A stretch of 64,000 bases of DNA from Gemmatimonadales bacterium. Lineage in GTDB: Bacteria > Gemmatimonadota > Gemmatimonadetes > Gemmatimonadales > GWC2-71-9. Positions 15,824 to 26,808 of the stretch are shown here, piece after piece. The DNA lies in the NCBI GenBank assembly GCA_035637455.1, contig DASPXE010000305.1:3253-67252 (forward strand), given 5' to 3'. Within the stretch, counting starts at the first letter, position 1. Every line of letters begins with the position of its first letter. The notes beneath the pieces were generated by a model. The model was not told the DNA's origin and did not search any database. It worked only from the letters and a program-made list of their open reading frames with translations. Both the position numbers and the translations under genes were made by a program.

Positions 15824-17465
15824 TCGTACGGCGATGATCCTCGGCGGGAGCGGGCTGGTGGGCCACGCCGTGGCGCGCCGCCTGCTCGCCGCCGCGCCGC
15901 GGCGCATCGTGCTGGTGGCGCTGTTCGAGGAGGAGGTGCGCGCGACGGCGCGGGCGCTCGAGCCCTGCCGTGGGCGCGCGACCATCGAGGTGGAGTGGGG
16001 CGACGTGTTCCTGCCCGCCAGTCTCGCCCGTCTCGAGCGCGGCGCTGTCATGGCGAACCCCGAGCACCGGCGCCTGGTGCTCCAGGACCTGCTGAGCGAG
16101 CTCACCGATGACCTGTTCCACCGCAGCTTCCTGTACCAGCTCCTGATGAAATACAAGCCCGACGCCGTCGTGGATAGCATCAACACGGCGACGGCGTTCG
16201 CGTATCAAGACCCGCTGCGGAGCGCCCAGGAGCTGCTCGCCCTCGCTGCGGACGGGAAGGTGGACGGGGCGGCGGTGGAGCGCCACGTATTGCTCCTCAC
16301 ACTCCCCCAGCTGATCCGGCACGTGCAGATTCTGGTGGAAGCGTTGCGACGCGCGGAGACCAAGGCGTACGTGAAGATCGGCACGAGCGGCACCGGGGGC
16401 ATGGGATTCAACATCCCCTACACGCACTCCGAGGAGCGCCCCAGCCGGCCGCTCTTGATGAAGTCGGCGGTGGCGGGCGCGCAGTCGCTGCTCCTGTTCC
16501 TGCTCGGTCGCACGCCCGGCGCCCCGGCGACCGTCGAGATCAAACCCACGGCCACGATCGCCTGGCGTGAGATCGGCTATGGGCCGATCCGGCGCAAAGG
16601 CAAGCCGATCCCGCTCGTCGACTGCCCGGAGCCCGTCCCGGTGGGCGAGGCGTTCCAGCCGGGCGTGCAGCCGTGGTGCGACCTCGACAAGCCGCTCGAG
16701 GGCGTGTACATCGACGTCGGCGAGAACGGCCTCTTCTCTTCCGACGAATTCGAGACCGTCACCGCGCTCGGCCAGATGGAATTCATCACGCCGGAAGAGG
16801 TCGCGGAATACGTGGTGATGGAGCTCGAGGGGCGGCCGACCGGGAGGGATATCGTCGCGGCGCTGGACGGCGCGACCGCGGGGCCGACCTACCGCGCGGG
16901 AGTGCTCCGGGCCCACGCCCTCGACCGCCTGCACGAGCTGGAGCGACAGTCGCACACTCGGACGGTCGCCTATGAGATGCTGGGACCCCCGCGGCTCACC
17001 AAATTGTTGTTCGAATCCCACCTCTGCGCCCGGCTCCGGTCCAGTGTGCGGGCCCTCGCCGAGTCGCGCGCGGGGGAGCTCGCGACCGAGGCCCATGCCC
17101 TGGTGGAGCGGGATGGCACGTTGCGGAGCCATATTCTCTCGGTGGGCATTCCGATCCTCGCCCCGGACGGGGCGCGGCTGTACCGCGGCAGCACAGTCGC
17201 GATCGCGGCAGACGGGGGCGACGGCCACGACCCGCGGGACGCGGCGCCGCGCGGCTGGGTGGACCTCCGGCCCGCCCAGTTCGGGATGTGGATCAAGCGC
17301 GCCCGGGAGATGCTCGCCCAGGCCGAGCGGCGGCGCAGCCGGACGGCGGATTCGGGGAGCGACGTCGACTGGACGGCGCTCGGCGCCGACGACCCGATCG
17401 AGCCCCCGCGCTTCGCGACGTGGGTGTTCCGTTACGAGGACCGAGGAGAGCGCATCAAGCGCTGA
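15810..17465 (+). CDS. 551-aa protein with N-terminal NAD(P)-binding Rossmann-like motif, unknown function
   Basis: Overlaps the preceding gene by 14 nt. AMILGGSGLVGHAVARRLL (GxSGxxG) near the N-terminus. I do not recognise the rest (KIGTSGTGGMGFNIPYTHSEE...). Confidence 0.6.
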   Translation: MELRDRTAMILGGSGLVGHAVARRLLAAAPRRIVLVALFEEEVRATARALEPCRGRATIEVEWGDVFLPASLARLERGAVMANPEHRRLVLQDLLSELTDDLFHRSFLYQLLMKYKPDAVVDSINTATAFAYQDPLRSAQELLALAADGKVDGAAVERHVLLLTLPQLIRHVQILVEALRRAETKAYVKIGTSGTGGMGFNIPYTHSEERPSRPLLMKSAVAGAQSLLLFLLGRTPGAPATVEIKPTATIAWREIGYGPIRRKGKPIPLVDCPEPVPVGEAFQPGVQPWCDLDKPLEGVYIDVGENGLFSSDEFETVTALGQMEFITPEEVAEYVVMELEGRPTGRDIVAALDGATAGPTYRAGVLRAHALDRLHELERQSHTRTVAYEMLGPPRLTKLLFESHLCARLRSSVRALAESRAGELATEAHALVERDGTLRSHILSVGIPILAPDGARLYRGSTVAIAADGGDGHDPRDAAPRGWVDLRPAQFGMWIKRAREMLAQAERRRSRTADSGSDVDWTALGADDPIEPPRFATWVFRYEDRGERIKR

Positions 17466-17469
17466 CACC

Positions 17470-19070
17470 ATGGCCGTGGACACTGCCGGAGTCGACCGCG
17501 CCCTTGGCGCCATCGGAACGACCTTCCGATTGACCCGGCTCTACCCTCCGACCCATCCCGCCGTGATGGAGGCGCTGCGCCAGATCGGCGACGCGCTCCC
17601 ACCGCTCGCCGCGCTCGGCACGGTGGAGTGGAAGATCGGCGCGACGGGGCTGCACTGGCACGGGCAGCATCTACTGCCGCGCAACATGCAGATCGCCGAG
17701 CTCGCGGGACTGCTCTACGCCCGCGGCATCCGGGCGATCACCCTGAATCCGGGCATGACCGCGGATCACGTGCTGGCGCTGTTCGGGGTGGCCATGGGCA
17801 CGATCCTGCCCGACGACACGGCCCTCGGGCGCATCGCGCTCGCTCTGGGGCGCCGCAGCTCCCAACGGCTTGAGCGCCTCCGCGCCCCGACACCGCCGGT
17901 GAGCGTCCCCGCCGCGCCGGTCGCCGCGCCATCCCCGTCCTCGCCCCCGCCTTCCGCCGCCTCGTCCGTGCCGCCCGTACCCGCCGGGTCCGTGGTGTCT
18001 GCGACGCCCGTCGCCCCCGCCCCGGTCCCCGCCGCCGCCGAAGCGGCGGGCCGGCGCACCGGTGTGGTGTTCCGGCCGGACGTGGTCCCGGCCGATGTCG
18101 AGGCGAAGCGCGCGGTCGCGAGTCTCGGGAGCGCGGCGACGCTGGAGGAGCAGCGCGCCGCGGTGGACAAGCTGCACGGGCTCGCACCGCAGCTGCTCGG
18201 GCTGCACAACGCGGGCCCAGTGGCCGAAGCGATCGCCGCGCTCGATCACATACTGGTGACGGCGCAGGATGCGGCGCTGGTCGAGGCGATCGACAAGACG
18301 GCGCTCGCGCTGTCTGATCGATCGCTGGTGGGGCGGATGGTGCAGCGTCTGGGAGAGCCGCGGGTCCCGCCCGAGGAGCGGGAGGCGCTGGTCGCGGCTG
18401 TCGGGGCGCTCGCCGCGGTCTCGGTGCCGCTCGTGCTCGACGCGTTCGTCGCCACGCCCGTCGAGTTGCGAGCGCCCTACCGCGCGGCCATCCGGAAGGC
18501 GGCCGACCGGGCGCTCGAGCCGCTGCAGGGGCACCTGGCGGACTCGAACCCGGCGATCGCCGCCGCCGCCGCCGAGTTCGTCGGGCTCACGGGGAGCCCG
18601 CAGGCCGTGGCGCTGCTGCTGCCGCTCGTGCACCATAACTCGGAGTTCGTGCGCGAGGCGGCGCTGATCGGACTTGCGGAAGCGGGCGGGCGCGAGATCT
18701 CGCGTCCCGCGATGCCCGCCCTCAAGGACGAGAGCGTGTCCGTGCGCCTGGCGGCGGCCCGCGCCATCGCGGCGGGGGGAGACCAGGCCTCGAGCACGGT
18801 GCTGATCCGGCGGTTGGAGCAGGAGCTCGACGAAGGGGTACTGGCAGAGTTGCTGCGGGCGATCGGCCGGCTCGGCGCGAGGGAAGCACTCGACGTGCTG
18901 GCGCGGTACGCAGAGCCGGGCGGGATGAGGAACCGCCGCAGCGCCATGGTTCGGGCGGCGGCGATCGAGGGGTTGCGCCACATCGCGCGGCCGGAGGCGC
19001 GCGGGCTGCTCGAACTCTACAGCAAGGACAAGGAGCCGGCGGTGCGCAAGGCGGCGGAGGCGGCATTGCG

Positions 19071-19074
<4 letters not shown>
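17470..19074 (+). CDS. sensor-like N-terminal module plus Pro/Ala linker plus HEAT (PBS-lyase type) repeat protein
   Basis: In-frame part of ORF 16972..19074 from ATG 17470, 4 nt after the preceding stop. The C-terminal half has repeats such as ...NSEFVREAALIGLAEAG..., ...DESVSVRLAAARAIAAGG..., ...AMVRAAAIEGLRHI..., ...EPAVRKAAEAAL. Confidence 0.65.
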
Positions 19075-20047
<973 letters not shown>

Positions 20048-20051
<4 letters not shown>

Positions 20052-20989
20052 CCTACGAGGGACAAGAGCGGCGGAGTGGCGCGACGTCCCCGGTCCGCGC
20101 ACGCCGGCGGGCCGTCACTCCAGACGTGCTGCGGCAGGTCAAGGGGATCGAGCTCCGCACTCGCACCCTCGTCAACACCCTCTTCACTGGCGAATATCGG
20201 TCGGTGTTCCGCGGCCAAGGCATCGAGTTCGCCGAGGTGCGCGCCTACCAGCAAGGCGACGACTTCCGCTCAATCGATTGGAACGTGTCGGCGCGCATGG
20301 GCCACCCCTTCGTAAAGACGTTCCACGAAGAGCGCGAGATTACGCTGCTGCTGATCGTGGACCAGTCCGGCTCGTGTCAGTTCGGGCGTCCGTACACCAA
20401 GGCGGGCCTCGCGGTGGAGGTAGCGGCGGTGCTCGCGCTCGCCGCGGCGCGTCACAACGACCGGGTGGGGGCGCTCATGTTCGCCGACAAGGTCGAGTTC
20501 GTCGTGCGCCCTGCGAAGGGACGGCCCCACGCGCTGCGCGTGATCCGGGATCTGGTCGCGTTCACCCCGCGCGGCAGCGGGACGAATCTCGCCGAAGCGT
20601 TACGCTACGCCGCGAAGCTGCTGCGCCACCGCGCCATCGTGGTGGCCCTCTCCGATTTCCGGGCGGAAGGCTGGGAGGACCCGCTCGCGCAACTCGCCGC
20701 CCGCCACGACGTCGTCGCGATCACGATCGACGATCCGCGGGAACGCGAGCTCCCGGACGCGGGGTGGGTCGACATGGAGGACGCGGAGACCGGCCAGCGG
20801 GTGCTGCTCGACACGAGCCACGGGCCGACCCGCACGCGCGTGCGCGTCGCCGCGGAGCGACAGCTTCAGGAGCGGGCCCGGAAGCTGGTCCAGGCGGGCG
20901 TGGACCGCGTGGCGCTGCAGACCAGTGTGCCATACGGCGTGCCGTTGCGCCGCGCGTTCGCCGAGCGGGCGCGGCGGCTGAAACGATGA
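20048..20989 (+). CDS. DUF58 (vWA-like) protein, usual MoxR partner
   Basis: GTGA overlap. GEYRSVFRGQGIEFAEVRAYQQGDDFRSIDWNVSAR is the characteristic DUF58 block, followed by the vWA-like LLIVDQSGS. Confidence 0.85.
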
Positions 20990-21828
20990 AGCCACGGTGC
21001 GCCGTGCTTGCCGTCCTGGCGTTGTCTTGGCGTCTGGCCATGGGGCAGGGGCCCTGGACCGCCACGCCGGCGAGTCCGACCGTCGGTGATACCGTCTGGC
21101 TCGAGCGGCAGATCCCGGTGCCCGCGGGTTGGCGCGTCCGCGCCGGCAAGCTCGACGCCACCGAGCGGGCGGAGGCGCTGGGCGATCCGTCGGTGCGGCG
21201 CGCGCCGGCGGGCTGGTTGGTGCGCTATCCGATTGTCGCGTGGGCGCCGGGGACGCATGCGCTGACGCTGCCGCCCGTCTGGCGGCTTGGCCCCGATGGC
21301 CGCGCGGACTCGGTTGCGGGAGGGGTGGCCAGCTTCTTCGTGCGGAGTGTGATTCCCGACACCATCCGCGGCCCCCAGCCGTGGGGCGCCCTTGCGCCGG
21401 TGCGGTTGGCGCGGCGCGGCGCGCTGCCGCCGGCCGCCGCGTTGTTGCTGGCGAGCGGCGGCCTCGCGCTCGGCCTCGCGTGGCGCCGCCGGGCGCCGAA
21501 AGCGGTGCCGCCGCCCCGGCGGGTGGCACTCGACGCCGAGGTCCCGGATGCCCGCTGGCTTGCCGCCGGCGAGCCGAAGGCCGTGGCGGCGCGGGCCGCC
21601 TTCCGGCTCCGGGTGGCCGTCGCCGGGGCGATTCCCGAAGCGGGGCCCGCGCTCAGCACCGCCGAATGCCTCGCCGCGGTTGAGCGCGCGCGGCCCCATG
21701 CACCGCTGCGTGAGCTGAGGGAGCTGCTCGAGCAGCTCGACCGCGTCGCGTTCGCCTCCGCGCACGGGACGGACGTGGCCGCACTGGCCCAGATGGCGCG
21801 CCGGTTCGCGCGGGAGATCGCGCCCTGA
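20986..21828 (+). CDS. membrane-anchored protein of the Bat operon (occupies the position of DUF4381-type proteins)
   Basis: ATGA overlap. Signal-like MKPRCAVLAVLALSWRLAMG and an internal TM LPPAAALLLASGGLALGLAW. The assignment rests on position between DUF58 and BatA, not on motifs. Confidence 0.55.
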   Translation: MKPRCAVLAVLALSWRLAMGQGPWTATPASPTVGDTVWLERQIPVPAGWRVRAGKLDATERAEALGDPSVRRAPAGWLVRYPIVAWAPGTHALTLPPVWRLGPDGRADSVAGGVASFFVRSVIPDTIRGPQPWGALAPVRLARRGALPPAAALLLASGGLALGLAWRRRAPKAVPPPRRVALDAEVPDARWLAAGEPKAVAARAAFRLRVAVAGAIPEAGPALSTAECLAAVERARPHAPLRELRELLEQLDRVAFASAHGTDVAALAQMARRFAREIAP

Positions 21829-21851
21829 GCTTCGCCCGCCCGCTGCTGCTC

Positions 21852-22805
21852 GTGGGGCTCGCCGCGCTCCCGCTGTGGTGGTGGCTGCGCGGACGCCGGC
21901 TGGGCCGGCTGCGCGGCACCCGCATGAGCGACGTGCGCCCGGCGGCGGGCGCGGGTGAGCGCCTGTGGATCGCGCGCCTCCCCGTCACGCTGCGCAGCCT
22001 CTGCCTCGGCGCGTGGATCGTCGCGGCGGCGGGGCCACGGGTCGGCTCGGCCCGCGCCGAGACCCGGAGCGAAGGGATTTCGATCGTGCTCGCCGTCGAT
22101 CTCTCGAGCAGCATGCTGTCGGAGGACTTCTCTCCGGCCAACCGCATCGACGTCGCCAAGCAGACCGCGATCGAGTTCGTGCGCGAGCGGCGCTCGGACC
22201 GCATCGGGCTGGTCGCGTTCGCCGCGCAGGCGCTTACCCAGGTCCCCATCACGACGGACTACGCGGTGCTCGAGCAGGCGCTGCGCGACCTGCGCATCGG
22301 CATGATCGAGGACGGCACCGCGATCGGCACCGGCATCGCGACGGCGGCGAACCGCTTGCGCCGTGCGCCCGGCAAGAGCCGGGTCATCGTGCTGCTCACC
22401 GACGGCGTGAACAACCGGGGCACGGTGGATCCGCGAACCGCGGCGCAAGCCGCAGCCGCGTTCGGGATCAGGATCTACGCGATCGGCGTGGGCACGCGGG
22501 GCGAAGCGCCGGTGCCGACGGGCCAGGGACTCGAGGGGTTGCGCTACCAGATGATGCCGGTGGAGATCGATGAGCCGCTGATGACGGAGATCGCGCGCAT
22601 GACCGGCGGCCGGTACTTCCGCGCCACCGACACGCAGTCGTTGCGGCACGTGTTCGACGAGATCAACCGGCTCGAGAAGTCGACCGTCGAGCAGGTGGTG
22701 TACCGGCGGTTCGAGGAAGCGTATCGCGTGCCGCTCGCCCTCGGGCTGGTGGCGCTGGGGCTCGAGATCGTGCTGGCGGCTACGCTCGCCGTGCGCGTGC
22801 CCTGA
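21852..22805 (+). CDS. batA: BatA-type vWA domain membrane protein
   Basis: N-terminal TM. MIDAS AVDLSSSM. LLTDGVNNRG. C-terminal TM. The true start may be CTG 21825 (see findings). Confidence 0.85.
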   Translation: MGLAALPLWWWLRGRRLGRLRGTRMSDVRPAAGAGERLWIARLPVTLRSLCLGAWIVAAAGPRVGSARAETRSEGISIVLAVDLSSSMLSEDFSPANRIDVAKQTAIEFVRERRSDRIGLVAFAAQALTQVPITTDYAVLEQALRDLRIGMIEDGTAIGTGIATAANRLRRAPGKSRVIVLLTDGVNNRGTVDPRTAAQAAAAFGIRIYAIGVGTRGEAPVPTGQGLEGLRYQMMPVEIDEPLMTEIARMTGGRYFRATDTQSLRHVFDEINRLEKSTVEQVVYRRFEEAYRVPLALGLVALGLEIVLAATLAVRVP

Positions 22806-24466
22806 TGAGCTTTGACGCACCCGTCGTGCTCGCGTTGGCGCCCCTGCTGGGCGGCGCGGTGTGGTTCGGGGCCGCGTGGGCGCGCCGGGCGCGGGTGCGC
22901 CGCGCCGCGCTGTGGTCGCAGGAGACGGTGCGGGCGGCGCTCGCGGCCGGCCGGCTCGGCCCGACGGCGCTCTCGATCGCCGCCTTCCTGGGGGTCGTGG
23001 CTCTGGCGGGGCCCCGCTGGGGCGAAGCGAGCATCGTGACGGAGACCCGCGGGCTGTCGCTCGCCCTCGCGGTCGACATCTCCCGCTCGATGCTCGCCGA
23101 GGACGTGACCCCGAACCGCCTGGGCCGGGCGCTGCGCGAGGCACGGCGGTTGGTGCAGGACTTGAGCGGCGACCGCCTCGGGCTCGTGGTGTTCGCGGGC
23201 TCGAGCTATATCCTGTCGCCGCTGTCGGTCGACGGCTCCGCGCTCGGGCTCTACCTCGATGCCCTCGACCCGGACGTCGCTTCCGAAGGCGGGACCGGGC
23301 TGGCGCTGGCGCTGCGGCAGGGGGGCGAGCTGGTCGGGGCCGGCTCCGAGCTCGCCGATCGGGTCCTGGTGGTGTTCACCGATGGCGAAGCCCACGACAC
23401 GCTGCCGGCGATCCTGGCGCAAGCCGAGCAGCTCCACGCGCTCGGGGTCCATCTGATCCTCGTGGCCGAGGGCGCGCGCACCCCGACCCGCATCCCGGTC
23501 CGCGACGAGCGGGGAGCGCTCCAGGCCTGGCAGCGGGACGACGCGGGCACCGTGATTCAAACGTCGCGCCGGGACGACATCCTCGGTGCCGTGGCGGACG
23601 CGGCGCAGGGCACGATCGTCGCAGCCGAGCTGCCGGACCAGGCGGGGGCGGTGCGTGACCTCGTGGCGGCCTACAAGCGCGCCCGCGCCAGCGAAGCGCG
23701 CACCGAGCGCGGCCGACCTCGGGCCTGGGTGCCGCTGCTGCTAGCCGTGTTGGTGCTGGTGACGCAGGCGGCGACACGCCGCACCGCCGCCCTGATCGCG
23801 TTGGCGTTGTGGTGCGGCGCGGTGCCGCCCGCCCGGGCGCAAGACTCGACGCGGCCGCGTAGCACCGCGGAGAAAGCGTGGGATCGCGGCGACGTGACGC
23901 ACGCACAGGCGGCCTACCTCGCCGAGCTCACCCGGCGCCGCCAGGACGACACCGCCTGGTACAACGCCGGCACCGCCGCCCTGGCGGGCAAGGACCTGGA
24001 GACCGCGCAGGCGGCCCTGGCCCACGCCGCCGCGTCGCTCGAGCCCGACCTCCGGTTCCGGGCGCTGTACAACCTCGGCCTGTTGGCGCTGCGGGTCGCC
24101 GATGCTGACAGCACGAACCGCGACGCCCACCTCGCCGAAGCCGAGCGTGCCTATCGCGAGGCCCTGCTGCTCAATCCCCGCAACCTGCCCGCGAAGTGGA
24201 ACCTGGAGCTCGCGGTGCGGCGCCGCGGCGGTGGGAGCAGCAACAGGAGCGTGCCGCCCCCGACGGGTGGAGGCGGTGGGGGTCCGTCGAGTGGTGGGGG
24301 GCAGGGGCGCGGTACTCCGCAGGGGGGGAGCGGGCAGAGCGGAGGACTGACCCAGGCCCAGGCCGAGCAAATCCTCCGCTCGATCGGCCAGCAGGAGCTG
24401 CAAACGCGGCGTGATCGCACTGGCCGGCAGCGGCGCGTCGCGGAGCCGGGAGTGAAGGATTGGTGA
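22805..24466 (+). CDS. batB: BatB-type vWA protein fused to a BatC-like TPR region and Gly-rich tail
   Basis: TGATG junction. MSFDAPVVLALAPLLGG, MIDAS AVDISRSM, then TM LLLAVLVLV. TPR-like region AQAAYLAEL...WYNAGTAAL...ALYNLGLLAL...AYREALLLNP. Confidence 0.8.
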   Translation: MSFDAPVVLALAPLLGGAVWFGAAWARRARVRRAALWSQETVRAALAAGRLGPTALSIAAFLGVVALAGPRWGEASIVTETRGLSLALAVDISRSMLAEDVTPNRLGRALREARRLVQDLSGDRLGLVVFAGSSYILSPLSVDGSALGLYLDALDPDVASEGGTGLALALRQGGELVGAGSELADRVLVVFTDGEAHDTLPAILAQAEQLHALGVHLILVAEGARTPTRIPVRDERGALQAWQRDDAGTVIQTSRRDDILGAVADAAQGTIVAAELPDQAGAVRDLVAAYKRARASEARTERGRPRAWVPLLLAVLVLVTQAATRRTAALIALALWCGAVPPARAQDSTRPRSTAEKAWDRGDVTHAQAAYLAELTRRRQDDTAWYNAGTAALAGKDLETAQAALAHAAASLEPDLRFRALYNLGLLALRVADADSTNRDAHLAEAERAYREALLLNPRNLPAKWNLELAVRRRGGGSSNRSVPPPTGGGGGGPSSGGGQGRGTPQGGSGQSGGLTQAQAEQILRSIGQQELQTRRDRTGRQRRVAEPGVKDW

Positions 24467-26808
24467 CGAGCGCCCTCTGGGTGCTCATCGCCCTGCAAGG
24501 CCCCGCGCCGGACCTGCAGGCGCGGGTGGACCGCATTCGGCTCGCGGCGGGCGAGCAGCTGACCTTGACGGTCCGGGCCCGCACGCGCACGGCCGAGCCG
24601 GTGAGCCTCACCCTGCCGCCCCTCACCGGGTTCGCGATCGTGGGCTCGCGCGACGTCACCGAGGTGTCGGTCGACGGCGCGCTCGGGCAGACACGGACGA
24701 CGACTCGCGAGCTCCGGTTGCGGGCCGAGCGGGCGGGGACGCTGGTGATCGGACCGGTGCGGGCCCGCCAAGGTGCGCGGACCGTGGCCACCGAGCCGAT
24801 CGCGGTGACGGTGGACAGCGCGGCGGCCGGGATCACGGCGGCGCTCAGCCCGCTGGCGCGCGGCCTGATCGCGGCCGCACCGCCGCCGGCGCGGAGCGAT
24901 CGCGTCGCATTGTCCGTCATCCTCCCCGGGGACACCGCGCTCGCGGGTGCGCAGCTCGACGTGGTCGCGGCGGCGTGGTTCCCACGCGAGCTGCGCACGC
25001 GCTTGCGCCGGATGCCGATTCTCACGCTCCAGACTCCGGAAGGAGTGTGGTCGTATCCCGGGGTCTCGCCCAGCGAGCCGGCCGTGTCGCGGCTCGTCCG
25101 CGGCGGTTGGATGGACCTGTTTGTCGCTCACCAGGTGGTCTTTCCGCTGGCCGCCGGACGGGTCACGATTCCGCCCGCGACGGTGGACTACGCGGTGCCC
25201 GTGAGCTTCTCCTTCTTCAGTCGCGAAGAGCGGTACTCCCTGAAGAGCGACTCGGTGGTCGTCACCGTGCTGCCGCTTCCGGCGAGCCGGACCGCCGACG
25301 GCCCGCGCGTCGTCGCGCAAGGGCTCGCGCTCGAGCTCGCCATCGAGCCGGCCGAAAGCCGCGTCGGGGAGCCCCTGGAAGTGAGCGCCACCGTCTCCGG
25401 GCTCGGCAATGTGGCCCTGTGGCCGGAGCCGGTGATGCGCTGGCCCGCCGGGTTCCGCGCGTATCCGGGCGAGGCTACAGTGCGGGTCGAGCCGCGCGGC
25501 GGCCGGATCGCGGGGAGCAAGACGTTCCACTACCTCGTGGTACCGGACTCGGTCGGTTCGTTTCTGCTCCCGGAGATGCGCTACGCCTATTACGACTTCG
25601 CAGCGGGCGACTACACGACCGCGCGCGCGCCACCGCGCGCGCTCGCCGTGGCGCAGGGAGCCGAGCCCCGCGCAGCGCGCCCGCTGCCGCCGCTCGATCG
25701 CTCGGTGAGCGAGACCTGGAGCACCGCGCTCGCCGCCGGGCTTATGCCATGGGGGTGGGTAGCGCTGCTCGTCGGGCCGCCGCTCCTCGCGTGGTTTTGG
25801 CGGCGCCGCATGGCGCCCCGGCGCGCGGCGGGCGCGGAGGAGCCGGGGGCGGCACGCCTCTCGCGGCTGGGGCGCCTGGAGCATGCGTTCCATACGCTGC
25901 TGGCGAGCCACGTGCCGGATCCGCTCGCCCGCGACGGCGACGGCCTCGCCCGTGCGCTGCGCGCCGCGGGAGTCGAGAGCGCCGTTGCCGATCACGTGAT
26001 GCGGCTGCGCGACCGGCTGCGCGCGGCGCGCTACGGACCCCGAGGGCTGGGCGACGCGGCCGAACTGGCGGCCGAGCTTGCCCAAGTGCTCAAGGTCTTG
26101 GGCGCGGAGCCCTCCGGCAGTCGGCGTCGCCTGCTCGTGGCGCTGTGCCTCGGAGCGCTGGTCGGCCCCCGGACTGTCGTGGCGCAGGGGCCGAGCGCCG
26201 AAGCATTGTACGAGGTCGGAGCCCTGCGCGCCGCAGCCGATTCGTTCGCGGCACGTGCCGCGGCCCGGCCAGCCGTGGCGGCCCACTGGTACAACCTCGG
26301 GGCCACGCTGTATCGCGCCGGGGCGGACGGCAAGGCGGCGGCGGCGTGGGCGATGGCCGCCCGGCTGACACCGCGCGCGCCGCTCGTGCGCCGGGCGCGG
26401 GAGTTCCTGCCGCCGCCCGACGCGGCGAGCGAGTCACTGCTCGCGGTCGGCGTCGCGACCCCGAGCGAGTGGGCCCTCGCGGCCGCGGCCGGATGGGTGG
26501 TGCTCTGGCTGGCGCTGCTGGGGCGTCGACGGGGGGAAGGGATCCGGGTGATCGTGCTCGGCCTGCTCACGGCCGCGTGCGCGGGGCTCGCCGTGCGGGA
26601 GTGGCGACACCGAGCCCGTCCGGTCGCGGTCGTCGCGAGCGCAGGGACGGCGGTGCGCGTCGCTCCGTACGGCGGTGCGAGCGCCGCCATCACGCTCGAC
26701 GCCGGCGCGGCGCTCTATGTCGAGCGGCGCCAGGGCGCCTGGCTCCAGGTGGGGCGTCCCGACGGCGTGCGCGGTTGGCTGCTCGCGTCGGAAGTCGTGC
26801 CGCTGTGA
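24463..26808 (+). CDS. BatD-like oxygen-tolerance protein fused to a BatE-like TPR plus SH3 region
   Basis: GTGA overlap (TTG 24460 is also possible). Large N-terminal extracytoplasmic region and TM segments. TPR-like HWYNLGATLYRAGADGKAAAAWAMAARLTP. C-terminal SH3-like GAALYVERRQGAWLQVGRPDGVRGWLLASEVVPL. Confidence 0.7.
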   Translation: MTSALWVLIALQGPAPDLQARVDRIRLAAGEQLTLTVRARTRTAEPVSLTLPPLTGFAIVGSRDVTEVSVDGALGQTRTTTRELRLRAERAGTLVIGPVRARQGARTVATEPIAVTVDSAAAGITAALSPLARGLIAAAPPPARSDRVALSVILPGDTALAGAQLDVVAAAWFPRELRTRLRRMPILTLQTPEGVWSYPGVSPSEPAVSRLVRGGWMDLFVAHQVVFPLAAGRVTIPPATVDYAVPVSFSFFSREERYSLKSDSVVVTVLPLPASRTADGPRVVAQGLALELAIEPAESRVGEPLEVSATVSGLGNVALWPEPVMRWPAGFRAYPGEATVRVEPRGGRIAGSKTFHYLVVPDSVGSFLLPEMRYAYYDFAAGDYTTARAPPRALAVAQGAEPRAARPLPPLDRSVSETWSTALAAGLMPWGWVALLVGPPLLAWFWRRRMAPRRAAGAEEPGAARLSRLGRLEHAFHTLLASHVPDPLARDGDGLARALRAAGVESAVADHVMRLRDRLRAARYGPRGLGDAAELAAELAQVLKVLGAEPSGSRRRLLVALCLGALVGPRTVVAQGPSAEALYEVGALRAAADSFAARAAARPAVAAHWYNLGATLYRAGADGKAAAAWAMAARLTPRAPLVRRAREFLPPPDAASESLLAVGVATPSEWALAAAAGWVVLWLALLGRRRGEGIRVIVLGLLTAACAGLAVREWRHRARPVAVVASAGTAVRVAPYGGASAAITLDAGAALYVERRQGAWLQVGRPDGVRGWLLASEVVPL

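Noticed and set aside
24151-26286. Very long antisense ORFs in the track, for example 24151..26286 (-) 711 aa, 21225..23144 (-), 15696..17513 (-), 44800..47106 (-), 49177..50997 (-) and 17671..18981 (-).
   Set aside because: All lie opposite genes with clear family motifs. Their translations are Arg/Pro/Gly/Ala-rich low-complexity strings with no motifs. Long stop-free antisense frames are expected at this GC content.
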